A stretch of 64,000 bases of DNA from Candidatus Sericytochromatia bacterium (GTDB lineage Bacteria > Cyanobacteriota > Sericytochromatia > S15B-MN24 > JAQBPE01), in the NCBI GenBank assembly GCA_036675505.1, contig JAKFEW010000058.1:7516-71515 (forward strand). Reading direction: 5' to 3'. The notes under the pieces were generated by a model, which worked only from the letters and a program-made list of their open reading frames with translations, was not told the DNA's origin and did not search any database. The stretch's first letter is position 1; every line of letters starts with the position of its first letter. Below are positions 27,811 through 38,498 of the stretch, one piece after another. The position numbers and the translations under genes were made by a program.

Positions 27811-29045
27811 GGCGTGACCCCCCAGGTGCGGGCCAGGCGGTCGATGCGGCCCAGGCTCGCGAGCACCTCATCGAGCCCGAGGCCCCAATCGACCAGGCAG
27901 CCGATTTCGTCGACGCCCGCGGCATGCAACCGCGCCGCCATCGCGCGGCCGTCGGCCTCGTCGCCCAGCAGCGCCGAGCCCGCCCACCAGCGCTCGAAGG
28001 CGTGATCCAGCAGGGCCTCGCGGTCCGCAGCCGGCAGGGCGGAAAGGTCGAGCGTCGCGCCGAGCGCGGCCGCCAAGGGCCCGAGCAGCTCGAGCGAGCC
28101 GCCCAGGTATTGCAGGAATGGCGCGCGCACATAGGCCTTGGTCGCCTCGCGTTCAGGCCCGAGGTAGGCGTGCACCATGGCGGTGACCCGGCCGGGCCCC
28201 GCGTGGCCGGCCGCCGCGCGCGCGGCCCGGTAGCGCGCGATCTTCGCGCCGAGCTCGTCGACCGACTGGCCGAGCAAGCAGGTCAGCACGTTCACGCCTT
28301 CCGCGCCCGCGGCCTCGAAGGTGGCCGGGTTGCCCATGGCCGTCAGCCAGGTCGGCAGCTCGGCAGTGAGCGGCCGCGGTCGGGTGCGCACGGCGATCTC
28401 GGCCCCCGCACCGTTGCGCCGCCGCAGGGCGTCGCCGCGCCACAGCGCGCGCACCTCGGCCATGCCCGCGAGCGCGGCCTCGCGCCGGTCGGCGTACCGG
28501 TCCGGGGCGAAGACGAAGTCGTCGGCGTGCCAGCCCGCGGCGAAGGCCAGGCCCACGCGGCCGCCGGCGAGCCGGTCGACCATCGCCCACTCCTCGGCGA
28601 CCCGCAGCGAATCGTGCAGCGCCGGCACCACCGAGCCCGCGCGCAGGGCCACACGGGTGGTGCGCGTGGCGATCGCCGCCGCCGCGACCGCCGGGTTCGG
28701 GAAGAGCCCGCCGAGCGCGTGGAAGTGCCGCTCCGGCAGCCAGACGGCCTCGAAGGCGTGCCTGTCCGCGAACTCGGCCGCGGCCAGCATGAACGCGTAG
28801 CCGCCGTCCGCGGCCTCCTCGTCGGCGGAGAAGAAGAACACGCTGAACGTCGGGCCGGTCGCGGCCGCGGCCGGCGCCTGGCGTCCGATCAGCGCCACCA
28901 GCTCGTCCTTGTGAGCGGCGAGCGCCGCGCGCAACGTCTCGTCGAGGGCCCCGCGCGGGGCGCTCAACCGCAACGCGCCGTCCTCCAGCGCCACGCGCGC
29001 GCCGCGCAGCGCGAGCTGGGCCAACAGCGCCTCGGCCCCGGTCAT
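27807..29045 (-). CDS. Stand-alone luciferase-like monooxygenase (LLM, bacterial luciferase/flavin-dependent oxidoreductase family) with an N-terminal TubC-like docking domain
   Basis: ATG at 29045 (MTGAEALLAQ…). N-terminus EALLAQLALRGARVALEDGALRLSAPRGALDETLRAALAAHKDELVALI parallels the docking domain of megasynthase 2. LLM core TFSVFFFSADEE…AFEAVWLPERHF…GRVGLAFAAGWH. Its stop overlaps the GTG start of megasynthase 1. Confidence 0.8.
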   Translation of the reverse strand: MTGAEALLAQLALRGARVALEDGALRLSAPRGALDETLRAALAAHKDELVALIGRQAPAAAATGPTFSVFFFSADEEAADGGYAFMLAAAEFADRHAFEAVWLPERHFHALGGLFPNPAVAAAAIATRTTRVALRAGSVVPALHDSLRVAEEWAMVDRLAGGRVGLAFAAGWHADDFVFAPDRYADRREAALAGMAEVRALWRGDALRRRNGAGAEIAVRTRPRPLTAELPTWLTAMGNPATFEAAGAEGVNVLTCLLGQSVDELGAKIARYRAARAAAGHAGPGRVTAMVHAYLGPEREATKAYVRAPFLQYLGGSLELLGPLAAALGATLDLSALPAADREALLDHAFERWWAGSALLGDEADGRAMAARLHAAGVDEIGCLVDWGLGLDEVLASLGRIDRLARTWGVTP

Positions 29046-29064
29046 GCCCCTGCCTCCGCTGCCG

Positions 29065-29300
29065 TCACGCGCCGGCCCCCGCGAGGTGGTCGGCGAGCCG
29101 CCGCGGGGTCGGGAACTCCCAGAGCAGCGTCGGGTCGAGCCGCCGCCCCAGCAGCTCCTCGAGCTCGCCGGAGATCGCGACGGCCTCGAGCGAGCCGAGG
29201 CCGAGCTCCGCGAACGGCGCTTCCGCATCCACCGCCTGCACGGCCAGGCTCATTTCGGCCGCGACGCGGGCCACCAGCCAATCCTCGAGCTCGGCGGCGG

Positions 29301-29304
<4 letters not shown>
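29065..29304 (-). CDS. Stand-alone acyl carrier protein
   Basis: 79 aa. LGLGSLEAVAISGELEELLG carrier motif. GTG start overlaps the FAAL stop (GTGA). Confidence 0.75.
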
Positions 29305-31013
<1,709 letters not shown>

Positions 31014-31216
31014 GGGCGAGGCACAACGGGGCGAGCCCGGCGGTTATACCCGCCTACCGAGCCTCCTCCTCGATCGGCGTCCACGAAACCGAAATCCACC
31101 AAGGGTGCCTTATCCAAGACCTCGCCCTGGGTTAACCGAATCATGAACCGCCTGCCCGATAACTCCCCAGGCCGGTCCAGACCGGAGGCGAGAGTAGAGT
31201 TGAGGAGTCGACGACC

Positions 31217-31562
31217 ATGTTGGCGAACATCACGAAGAATTCCATGCGCGAGGTGACCGGGGCCGAGGCCCGCAACCGCCTGTTCAAGGCCCTGACCGAG
31301 GCCGCGCACTTCGGCCTTCGCACCGAGGTCCCCGAACACATCGCCCCCGGGCGCGGAGGCCATCACCCGCGTCTACGTGCATGATCTGCGGATCACCAAC
31401 GCCTCGGACCTCTCGCACATCCGCTTCAAGGCCAACGTCGGCCAGCTCACCATGAACGGCACCAAGCCCGCCATCGCGTCGGGAAGCATGATCGAAGGCG
31501 TCTTCGACGCCGTGAGCGAACTCTTCACGCGGTTCCGGCAGTATGTCTCGCCGGGTCACTGA
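31217..31562 (+). pseudogene. Small ORF (about 115 aa if read through) split by a +1 frameshift in a C5/G3 homopolymer near 31343-31352; hypothetical
   Basis: ATG at 31217 preceded by GAGGAG. Frame 2 reads MLANITKNSMREVTGAEARNRLFKALTEAAHFGLRTEVPEHIAPG then stops at 31385. Frame 0 continues AEAITRVYVHDLRITNASDLSHIRFKANVGQLTMNGTK…VSPGH to 31562. The ORF track shows only the 3' part (GTG 31377). Confidence 0.3.
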
Positions 31563-31576
31563 CCTCGCGCCCCTGA

Positions 31577-31621
31577 AGCGCCCCGCCCGTGCCTGGGGAG
31601 GCACGGGCGGGGCTTTTGGGG
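31577..31621 (+). terminator. Rho-independent terminator
   Basis: Stem CCCCGCCCGTGCC (31581-31593), loop TGGGGA, stem GGCACGGGCGGGG (31600-31612), then CTTTTGGGG. Confidence 0.6.
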
Positions 31622-31665
31622 ATCGGGGATGGGGATGGGGATAGGGAAGGGGGTCGAAAACTGAT

Positions 31666-31824
31666 TCAGCTGGCGCGGCGGGCGTCAGCGATGTCGATCG
31701 CCGCGAGCGCGCGGTTGATCAACCTGGCCCGCTCGGTGGCGGCGTTGGCGGGACCCTTGAGCACCTCGAGCACGTCCTGGACGAACTCGGGATCGGCGGC
31801 GAAGATCGCGTTGTCGAGGAGCAT
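31666..31824 (-). CDS. Small hypothetical protein (52 aa)
   Basis: ATG preceded by AGGAGG with 6-nt spacing (strong SD). MLLDNAIFAADPEFVQDVLEVLKGPANAATERARLINRALAAIDIADARRAS. No family recognised. Confidence 0.4.
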   Translation of the reverse strand: MLLDNAIFAADPEFVQDVLEVLKGPANAATERARLINRALAAIDIADARRAS

Positions 31825-32054
31825 TGCGGACCTCCTGTGTCCTAGGACACTATTTCCATCGGCGTTGTCGGGGACGACTTGATGCCGAGTCGAAAATTTA
31901 TTTTCCGTGCGGGTCTTCTTGGGTCCATCTTCGCGCAGTCGGCTGACACGGGTGCTGACACGCGGCTGTGATCCTTCGGTCGGTTTCATGTCATCCGACG
32001 AGCGAACGGCCGGTTCGGTTCCCTCGGTCGGGCGAGCGGGAATACCAATGGCGC

Positions 32055-33605
32055 ATGCCCGATCAGACCCCCCAAGCCCGCCTCGCCGCCCTCGAAGCCG
32101 CCCGAACCCGGGCGGCGGCCGGGATGGGCCCCGAGGCGATCGCCAGGCAGCACGCGCGCGGCAAGCAGACCGCGCGCGAGCGCGTCGAGGGCCTGCTCGA
32201 CCCCGGCAGCTTCATCGAGCTCGATCGCTACCGCGTCCACCGCAGCCACGACTTCGGCCTCGCCGACAAGCGCATCCCCGGCGACGGCGTGATCACGGGC
32301 CAGGGGTTGATCGCAGGCCGCCTCGTCTATATCTTCGCCCACGACTTCACGGTCTTCGGCGGCAGCCTCGGCGAGGTCTACGCCGAGAAGATCTGCAAGG
32401 TGCAGGACGCCGCCTACCGCGACGGCGCGCCCTGCATCGGCCTCTACGACTCGGGCGGGGCGCGGATCCAGGAGGGCATCGAGGCGCTCTCGGGCTACGT
32501 CGACGTCTGCTTCCGCAACGTGCGCAACTCGGGCGTGATTCCCCAGATCACCGCGATCATGGGCCCCTGCGCGGGCGGCGCCGTCTACTCCACCTCGCTG
32601 TCCGACTTCACGATCATGGTGCGCGGCACGAGCTACATGTACGTGACCGGCCCGGACGTCGTGAAGACGGTGCTGCACGAGGAAGCCACGCACGAGGAGC
32701 TGGGCGGCGCGGACGTGCACGACGCGATCACGGGCGTGGCGTCGCTGGTCGTGGACGACGACGACGCGGCGCTCGCCGCGATCCGCGCGCTGCTCGCGCT
32801 GCTGCCGTCCAACAACCTCACCGACGCGCCCGTCGTGTCCTGCGACGACCCGGCCGACCGGCGGGAAGACGCCCTGCTCGCTCTCATGCCGGACCGCGCG
32901 TCGGTCCCGCTCGACATGCCCGCGCTCGTCCGCCTGGTCGTCGACGACGGCGCGCTCTTCGAGCTGCAGCCGGGCTACGCGCCCAACCTCCTTACGGCCT
33001 TCGCGCGCCTCGACGGCCACACCGTGGGCGTCGTGGCGAACGACGCGCGCCACCTGGCGGGCACGCTCGACATCGCGGCCTCGCTCAAGGCCAGCCGTTT
33101 CGTGCGCTTCTGCGATGCCTTCAACGTGCCGATCGTGACCTTCGTCGACACGCCGGGCTACTTCCCGGGCAAGGACCAGGAGTATGGCGGCATCATCCGG
33201 CACGGCGCCAAGCTGGCCTACGCCTATTGCGAGGCCACGGTGCCCAAGCTGACGGTCGTCGTGCGCAAGGCCTACGGCGGCGCCTACGGCTCGATGGGCG
33301 CGAAGAACACCCAGGTGGACGCCTGTGTGGCCTGGCCGACGGCCGAGATCGCGGTGCTGGGCGCTGAGAGCGCGGCCAGCGTGCTCTACCGGCGCGAGCT
33401 CGCCGAGGCGCCGGAGCGGCGCGAGGAGCTGCTCGAGGCCTACCGCGCGCGCTTCGCGACGCCCTGGCAGGCCGCCGAGCATGGCTACGTCGACGACGTG
33501 ATCGATCCGCGCGATACGCGCCCGTACTTGATCCGGACGCTGGCCACGCTCAGGCGGAAGCGCGTGGAAACCCCGCCGCGCAAGCACTCATCGATGCCGC
33601 TTTAG
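32055..33605 (+). CDS. pccB: Acyl-CoA carboxylase carboxyltransferase beta subunit (propionyl-CoA carboxylase / methylmalonyl-CoA carboxyltransferase family)
   Basis: 516 aa from ATG at 32055. QGLIAGRLVYIFAHDFTVFGGSLGEV…GPCAGGAVYS…carboxyltransferase fold. Likely supplies (methyl)malonyl-CoA extender for the adjacent PKS. Confidence 0.85.
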   Translation: MPDQTPQARLAALEAARTRAAAGMGPEAIARQHARGKQTARERVEGLLDPGSFIELDRYRVHRSHDFGLADKRIPGDGVITGQGLIAGRLVYIFAHDFTVFGGSLGEVYAEKICKVQDAAYRDGAPCIGLYDSGGARIQEGIEALSGYVDVCFRNVRNSGVIPQITAIMGPCAGGAVYSTSLSDFTIMVRGTSYMYVTGPDVVKTVLHEEATHEELGGADVHDAITGVASLVVDDDDAALAAIRALLALLPSNNLTDAPVVSCDDPADRREDALLALMPDRASVPLDMPALVRLVVDDGALFELQPGYAPNLLTAFARLDGHTVGVVANDARHLAGTLDIAASLKASRFVRFCDAFNVPIVTFVDTPGYFPGKDQEYGGIIRHGAKLAYAYCEATVPKLTVVVRKAYGGAYGSMGAKNTQVDACVAWPTAEIAVLGAESAASVLYRRELAEAPERREELLEAYRARFATPWQAAEHGYVDDVIDPRDTRPYLIRTLATLRRKRVETPPRKHSSMPL

Positions 33606-33634
33606 GCCATTCCCAAGATAACGGCGTTATCAGA

Positions 33635-34438
33635 TCACATCTTGAAGGTCTCGGCGCTTACCTTCGGGTTCCAGCGGAACTTCTGGAACGTGTAGTCCGT
33701 GACCTTCGTTTCGCCCGCGAAAGCGGTCAACGAACGCATGACCAAGGACTGGATCTCGATACCGAAGACCTCGCGGGTGATTTCGCGGTCGAGCCGCTGC
33801 ACGTTGTCGACCGCCACGAAGGCCATCGGCGCGCCGTTCGGCGCCACGCTTTCGCTCAGCACCGTCCAGGTGGCACCCTGGCCGGTCAGGCGCTGGATCT
33901 GGGCGTTCGGGCCGTACTTGTCGAAGGTGTGGTTGCGGGCGTTGGCGAGCTTCGGATCGTTCGCCTTGGCCTTGATCGGGATGAAGCTCAACAGGCCCTT
34001 GGCGCGGGCCGTGACGTTCACGCCATCGGTGGTGACCAGGCCGGCGCCTTCCATCAGCGGATCCGGCGAGTTGAAGACCTCGGCGCGGAACTTGGTGGGC
34101 TTCATCCAGACCACCTTGTAGCCGATCGTCACCTTGCGCAGCTCGTCGACCTTCTTGCCTTGCTTGTAGTTGCCCTGGGTCCGCGCGAGGATCTCGGCAT
34201 CGAAGCCGGTCACGTGGGCGAGCTCCTGGCGCACGCGCTCGAGCAGCTGGCCGCCGCGGCCCTGGTCCGCGCCGGGGGCCGGCATCTGGCCCTGGCCGGG
34301 CATCGGCATGCCGGGCAGCTGCGAGTTCATCGTGCGCATCGTGTTGCGCGTGGTCTTCGGCCGCGTGGGCGCGCTGGTGCCGCACCCCACCAGGGCGGCA
34401 GCAGCGACGACGGCGATGGCGAGCTTGAACTGACGCAT
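33635..34438 (-). CDS. Lipoprotein, hypothetical; paralogue of 36000..36800
   Basis: Signal peptide plus lipobox LVGCG. Shares blocks YKVVWMKP…DPKLANARNH…QRLTGQGATWTVL…FRWNP with the second lipoprotein. Confidence 0.6.
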   Translation of the reverse strand: MRQFKLAIAVVAAAALVGCGTSAPTRPKTTRNTMRTMNSQLPGMPMPGQGQMPAPGADQGRGGQLLERVRQELAHVTGFDAEILARTQGNYKQGKKVDELRKVTIGYKVVWMKPTKFRAEVFNSPDPLMEGAGLVTTDGVNVTARAKGLLSFIPIKAKANDPKLANARNHTFDKYGPNAQIQRLTGQGATWTVLSESVAPNGAPMAFVAVDNVQRLDREITREVFGIEIQSLVMRSLTAFAGETKVTDYTFQKFRWNPKVSAETFKM

Positions 34439-34522
34439 GGGCGAGCTCCTTGGTTACCTTCTTGTCGCCCGCCCCCTGGTCACAGTGTCTTATGACCCAG
34501 TAAGGATGAGATGAAACATTAG

Positions 34523-35245
34523 TTAACAGTCATCGCACACGGCGGCTGGCAGCGTCCAGGGCTGCACGACGAGCGCGTCGTCGCGCACGGCGACCGCGCC
34601 CGTGACGTCCGGCGCGAGGGTCAGGTCGGCGATCGCCCAGTGCCGCCCGTCCAGCGCCACGACCCGCGTCCCCGGCGGCCCCACGCCCACCTCGGCGGTG
34701 GTGGGCTCGATCGCGAGGCCGCCGCCATGCGCCTTGAGCAGCGCCTCCTTGCGCGTCCAGGCCCGGAAGAAGGCGGGCAGGCGGTCGGCCGACGCCAGGT
34801 CCTGCCAGGCGGCATGCTCGCTCGGGCCCAACGTGTGCGCCGCGAGCGACGCGAGGTCGGGGAGCTCGCGCCGCGGCTCGACGTCCACGCCCACCGGCGG
34901 CCCGGCGGTGAACGCCACCAGCGCCCAGTCGCCCGCATGGCTCAGGCTGAACGGCAGCCCGCCGCCCGCGAGCCGCGGCTTGCCGCCGGGCGCGACCTGA
35001 AAGGCCAGGGCGTCGGGATCACGGTCCTCGTAGGCGGCGAGCAGCGCGCGCAACGCGCGGCGCGCGGCGACCCAACGCCTGCGATCGGGCGCGAAGTGGA
35101 AGGCCGCGGCGCGCGCACGCTCGGCCTCGTCCAGCCAGCCGAGCGGCGGCTCGACCTCGAGGGCGAGCGCCACGCGCCAGACATGCACCTCACCGGTCAT
35201 GATCGGGGGCGGCGGCCAGGCCGCTGGCCAGTCGGCGCGGCTCAT
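34523..35245 (-). CDS. Sfp-type 4'-phosphopantetheinyl transferase
   Basis: 240 aa from ATG at 35245, which overlaps the TE II stop (ATGA). Motifs FSLSHAGDWALVA, VGVDVE, WTRKEALLKAHG. Confidence 0.85.
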   Translation of the reverse strand: MSRADWPAAWPPPPIMTGEVHVWRVALALEVEPPLGWLDEAERARAAAFHFAPDRRRWVAARRALRALLAAYEDRDPDALAFQVAPGGKPRLAGGGLPFSLSHAGDWALVAFTAGPPVGVDVEPRRELPDLASLAAHTLGPSEHAAWQDLASADRLPAFFRAWTRKEALLKAHGGGLAIEPTTAEVGVGPPGTRVVALDGRHWAIADLTLAPDVTGAVAVRDDALVVQPWTLPAAVCDDC

Positions 35246-35991
35246 GGCCGATCCGGGCCGAGCAGGGCGGCGATCGCCTCGACGACCGCCGGCGCGGCGC
35301 CGCCCGCGAAGGGGAAGAAGTGATCGCCGGGGAAAAGCGCGCAGGTGAACGGGCCCCGCGTGACGGCCGCCCATTCGCCCATCTCGCCATGAGGCGCCGC
35401 CCGATCCGCGAGGCCCGCGAGCGCGGTCACGGGGAGCGCGAGCTGTGCGGGCGCGTGGTCCACGTAGGTCGCCGCGAGCTTGAAATCCGCGCGCAGCACG
35501 GGCATCACCAGCGCCATGATCTCCTCGCTCGCGAGCACCGCGGCCGGCGTGCCCCCCAGCAGGCGCAGGCGCTCGGCGATCGCGGCATCCGGCATCGCGT
35601 CCGGGTCGTCCCAGCGCACGCGTGCAGGCGGGCGACAGCCCGACACCACCAGCGCCTGCGGCCCCCCCGCGTGGCGTCGCGCGCGGGCGAGCTCGAGCGC
35701 CGCCAGCGCGCCGAGGCTGTGGCCCCACAGCGTGTAGGGCGCGTCGGCCAGCGCATCCAGGGCCTCGCAGGCGCCGGCCAGCCAGGCCGGCCAGTCGCGC
35801 ACCGGCGGCTCCGCGAGCCGGGCCTCACGACCGGGCGGCGTCAGCACCCACAGCTCCGCGCGGCCCAGGAGCGCAGCGGCCCAGGGGCGGTAGGGGATCG
35901 CGCCTGCGCCGGCGTGCGGCGCGACGACCAGCCGCGGCAGATCAGGGCGCGCCGCGCTGAGCCGCCGGATCCATCGCCCCGCGGAGGCCAC
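35242..35991 (-). CDS. Type II (editing) thioesterase
   Basis: 249 aa. GHSLGALAALE nucleophile elbow. alpha/beta hydrolase. C-terminal His (GDHFF). Confidence 0.85.
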   Translation of the reverse strand: MASAGRWIRRLSAARPDLPRLVVAPHAGAGAIPYRPWAAALLGRAELWVLTPPGREARLAEPPVRDWPAWLAGACEALDALADAPYTLWGHSLGALAALELARARRHAGGPQALVVSGCRPPARVRWDDPDAMPDAAIAERLRLLGGTPAAVLASEEIMALVMPVLRADFKLAATYVDHAPAQLALPVTALAGLADRAAPHGEMGEWAAVTRGPFTCALFPGDHFFPFAGGAAPAVVEAIAALLGPDRP

Positions 35992-35999
35992 CGGGGGCG

Positions 36000-36800
36000 T
36001 CAGATGCCGAAGCTCTCCGCCGGGGGCTGGGTCCAGCGGAACGAAACGAAGTCGTAGCCCAGCACACGGCGCATGCCGACGTACGAAGCGTACTGGTAGA
36101 GGGCGAGCGAGCCGGCCTCGAGCTCGAGCTCCTCGCGGTCGATCTCGGGATCGAGCCGTGGCACGCCCTGCACGCCGATGCGCACGGTCGGCGCGCCGAG
36201 GGGCGTCTTGCCCTCGCCGATCACGGTCCAGACCGCGTACGGTCCGGTGAGGCGAGCGAGCTGGGCGTCAGGCACCACCGCGGCCAGCTCATGGCCGCGG
36301 GCGTTCTTGAGGCGCGGATCAGCGGCCGCGAACTTGCGCGTGAACAGGCCGAACAGGCCGGGCGCGCGCACATTGAAGCCACCGCTCTCCGCGCTTGCGA
36401 TGCGGGCGCCTTCGAGGTCGCCTTCCGACGACTGGCTCACATCGGCGCGCAAGCGCGCCGGCCGGGCCCAGAGCACCTTGTAGCGGTTCGAGACCTCGCG
36501 CGCCTCGCCGGTGTCGGCGCCAGCGCGGTACCGCCCGAAGGCGCGCATCACGAACTCGGCCTCGAGGCCGGGTGCCGTCTCCATGGTCCGCCGCGCGCGG
36601 TGCAGCAGGTCGCCGCCCCGGCTGTCGTCGAACGAGGTGCCGCCCATCTGGTTGCGGGCGAAGTCGCCCAGGTCGTTGCCCGGCACGCTCACGATCGTGC
36701 GCGTCGACGAACGACCCACATTTTGGGTCGGCGACCCGCCGCAGGCGGTGAGCAGGGTGCTGGCGAGCAGAAGGCCAAGTACCGAGCGAAGCGGGATCAT
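36000..36800 (-). CDS. Lipoprotein, hypothetical; paralogue of 33635..34438
   Basis: ATG at 36800 (MIPLRSVLGLLLASTLLTACGG). Lipobox LTACG. 8-nt gap to the TE II start. Confidence 0.55.
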   Translation of the reverse strand: MIPLRSVLGLLLASTLLTACGGSPTQNVGRSSTRTIVSVPGNDLGDFARNQMGGTSFDDSRGGDLLHRARRTMETAPGLEAEFVMRAFGRYRAGADTGEAREVSNRYKVLWARPARLRADVSQSSEGDLEGARIASAESGGFNVRAPGLFGLFTRKFAAADPRLKNARGHELAAVVPDAQLARLTGPYAVWTVIGEGKTPLGAPTVRIGVQGVPRLDPEIDREELELEAGSLALYQYASYVGMRRVLGYDFVSFRWTQPPAESFGI

Positions 36801-36806
36801 AGGTTT

Positions 36807-36843
36807 CCCGGTTGGGGTGGGTGGGTGGGGCGGCTGGAAGGAG
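36807..36843. repeat. Diverged copy of the TIR repeat (cccGGTTGGGGTGGGTGGGTGGGGCGGCTGGAAggag) immediately upstream of the lipoprotein start
   Basis: Aligns to GGGTGGGTTCGTGGGGGAGCTGGAAAG of the other copies. Confidence 0.4.
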
Positions 36844-36999
36844 CGCAGCGACTGAAGTATCATCATTGATCTCCACCTGGTTTGTCGTTCAACACCCAGA
36901 TTGGCTGTCTTATCATCGCCTTATTGCGAGGTGAAATCTGGGTTAATGGGCCGGTTCAGCGACGCCTCACGCGCGTATCGCAGGTGGTACCATGGCGCC

Positions 37000-38448
37000 A
37001 TGGGCAAGCGAACCAAAGCGACGCGCGAGATGCCGGTGCAGGTGGGCGATCGGGCCACCGTCACGATCGACGCCCTGGTGGGCGGCGGCGAGGCGATCGG
37101 CCGCGTCGACGGCTTCCCGATCTTCGTGCCGCTGGCCGTGCCGGGCGACGTCGTGCGCGCGCGCGTGATCTCGATCAAGCCGGGCTATGCGCGCGCGTTG
37201 CTCGAGGAAGTCGTCACGCCCGGGCCTGGCCGCCAGGTCCCCCCCTGCGCGGTCTTCGGCCGCTGCGGCGGCTGCCAGTGGCAGGCCCTCGCCTACGAAG
37301 ACCAGGTCGCCTGGAAGACCCGCATCGTGGCCGAAGCGCTGCAGCGCCTCGGTGGCATCGATCCGGCGGGCGTGCTCGCGGACTGCCTGCCGTCGCCGTC
37401 GCCCTGGGCCTACCGCAACAAGGTGCATTGGGCCGTGGCGAAGGAGCGCGGTCGCTGGCGCGTGGGCCTCTACGAGCCGCGCAGCCATGTGGTCGTCGAC
37501 GCTGAAACTTGTGGCATCCAGGACGACGTGAACAACCGCGTGCTCGCCGTGTTGCGCGAGCTGCTCGCGCTGTTCCCGTTCGAGCCCTACGACGAGGCGC
37601 ACGGGCGCGGCTGGCTGCGATCGGCGTTCGCCAAGCGCGGCCACCGCACCGATGAGCTCATGCTGGGGCTGGTGACGCGCACGGCGGACTTCCCCGAGGC
37701 CGACCGGTTCGTCGCCGAGGCGCGCGTGCGGCTCCCCGAGCTGACGACGATCGTCCAGAACGTCCACGCGAAGGGCGGCAACAAGCTGCTGGGTGCCGAG
37801 ACGATCGCGCGCTTCGGCCCAGGCCAGATCCACGAGCGCGTCGCCTATGGCGAAGGCGATCAGGCGCTGACCTTCGCGATCTCCGCCCAGTCGTTCTTCC
37901 AGGTCAACAGCGCGGCGATCGAGATCCTCTACGACCAGGCCGCGCGCGCCTGCGGCCTGCCGGCGACCGGCCCCGAGGGCGCGCGCCCCCGCGTGATCGA
38001 CGCGTACAGCGGCACGGGCTCGATCGCGCTGTTCCTCGCGGCGCGCGGCGCCGCCGACGTCCTGGGCGTCGAGATCGTGCCCGAAGCCACGCGCGACGCG
38101 ATGGCCAACGCCGAGGCCAACGACCTCGCCGGGCGGGCCCGCTTCGCGACGGGCGCGGTCGAGGCCGTGCTCCCGCGCCTGGCCGCCGGCGGAGAACGTC
38201 CCGACGTGATCGTCCTGGATCCGCCCCGCAAGGGCTGTGAGCCCGAGGTGCTCGCGGCCGTCGCCGCGATGGCGCCGCCCCGGCTCACCTACGTCTCCTG
38301 CAACCCGGCCACGCTCGCCCGCGATCTGAAGATCCTCGCGGGCCTCGGCTACGCCGTGCGGGGGGTCCAGCCCGTGGACATGTTCCCGCAGACCGCCCAC
38401 GTCGAGTGCGTCGCCCGCCTCGAGCGCGAGGACCGGCAGGCGAAATGA
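37000..38448 (+). CDS. rlmD: 23S rRNA (uracil-5-)-methyltransferase RlmD/RumA family (TRAM domain plus [4Fe-4S] plus SAM MTase)
   Basis: ATG at 37000. TRAM-like N-terminus. CAVFGRCGGCQWQ cluster. SAM-binding VIDAYSGTGSIALFLA. DPPRKG…YVSCNP. Confidence 0.8.
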   Translation: MGKRTKATREMPVQVGDRATVTIDALVGGGEAIGRVDGFPIFVPLAVPGDVVRARVISIKPGYARALLEEVVTPGPGRQVPPCAVFGRCGGCQWQALAYEDQVAWKTRIVAEALQRLGGIDPAGVLADCLPSPSPWAYRNKVHWAVAKERGRWRVGLYEPRSHVVVDAETCGIQDDVNNRVLAVLRELLALFPFEPYDEAHGRGWLRSAFAKRGHRTDELMLGLVTRTADFPEADRFVAEARVRLPELTTIVQNVHAKGGNKLLGAETIARFGPGQIHERVAYGEGDQALTFAISAQSFFQVNSAAIEILYDQAARACGLPATGPEGARPRVIDAYSGTGSIALFLAARGAADVLGVEIVPEATRDAMANAEANDLAGRARFATGAVEAVLPRLAAGGERPDVIVLDPPRKGCEPEVLAAVAAMAPPRLTYVSCNPATLARDLKILAGLGYAVRGVQPVDMFPQTAHVECVARLEREDRQAK

Positions 38449-38498
38449 CCGGAGACGCGACCGAGCTGCGGCGGGTAGCCGTCCCCAGCCCGTGCCGG

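Noticed and set aside
34523-35728. 401-aa extended PPTase ORF
   Set aside because: The N-terminal 161 residues overlap the TE II gene in another frame and are Arg/Gly-rich. The real start is ATG 35245, coupled to the TE II stop.
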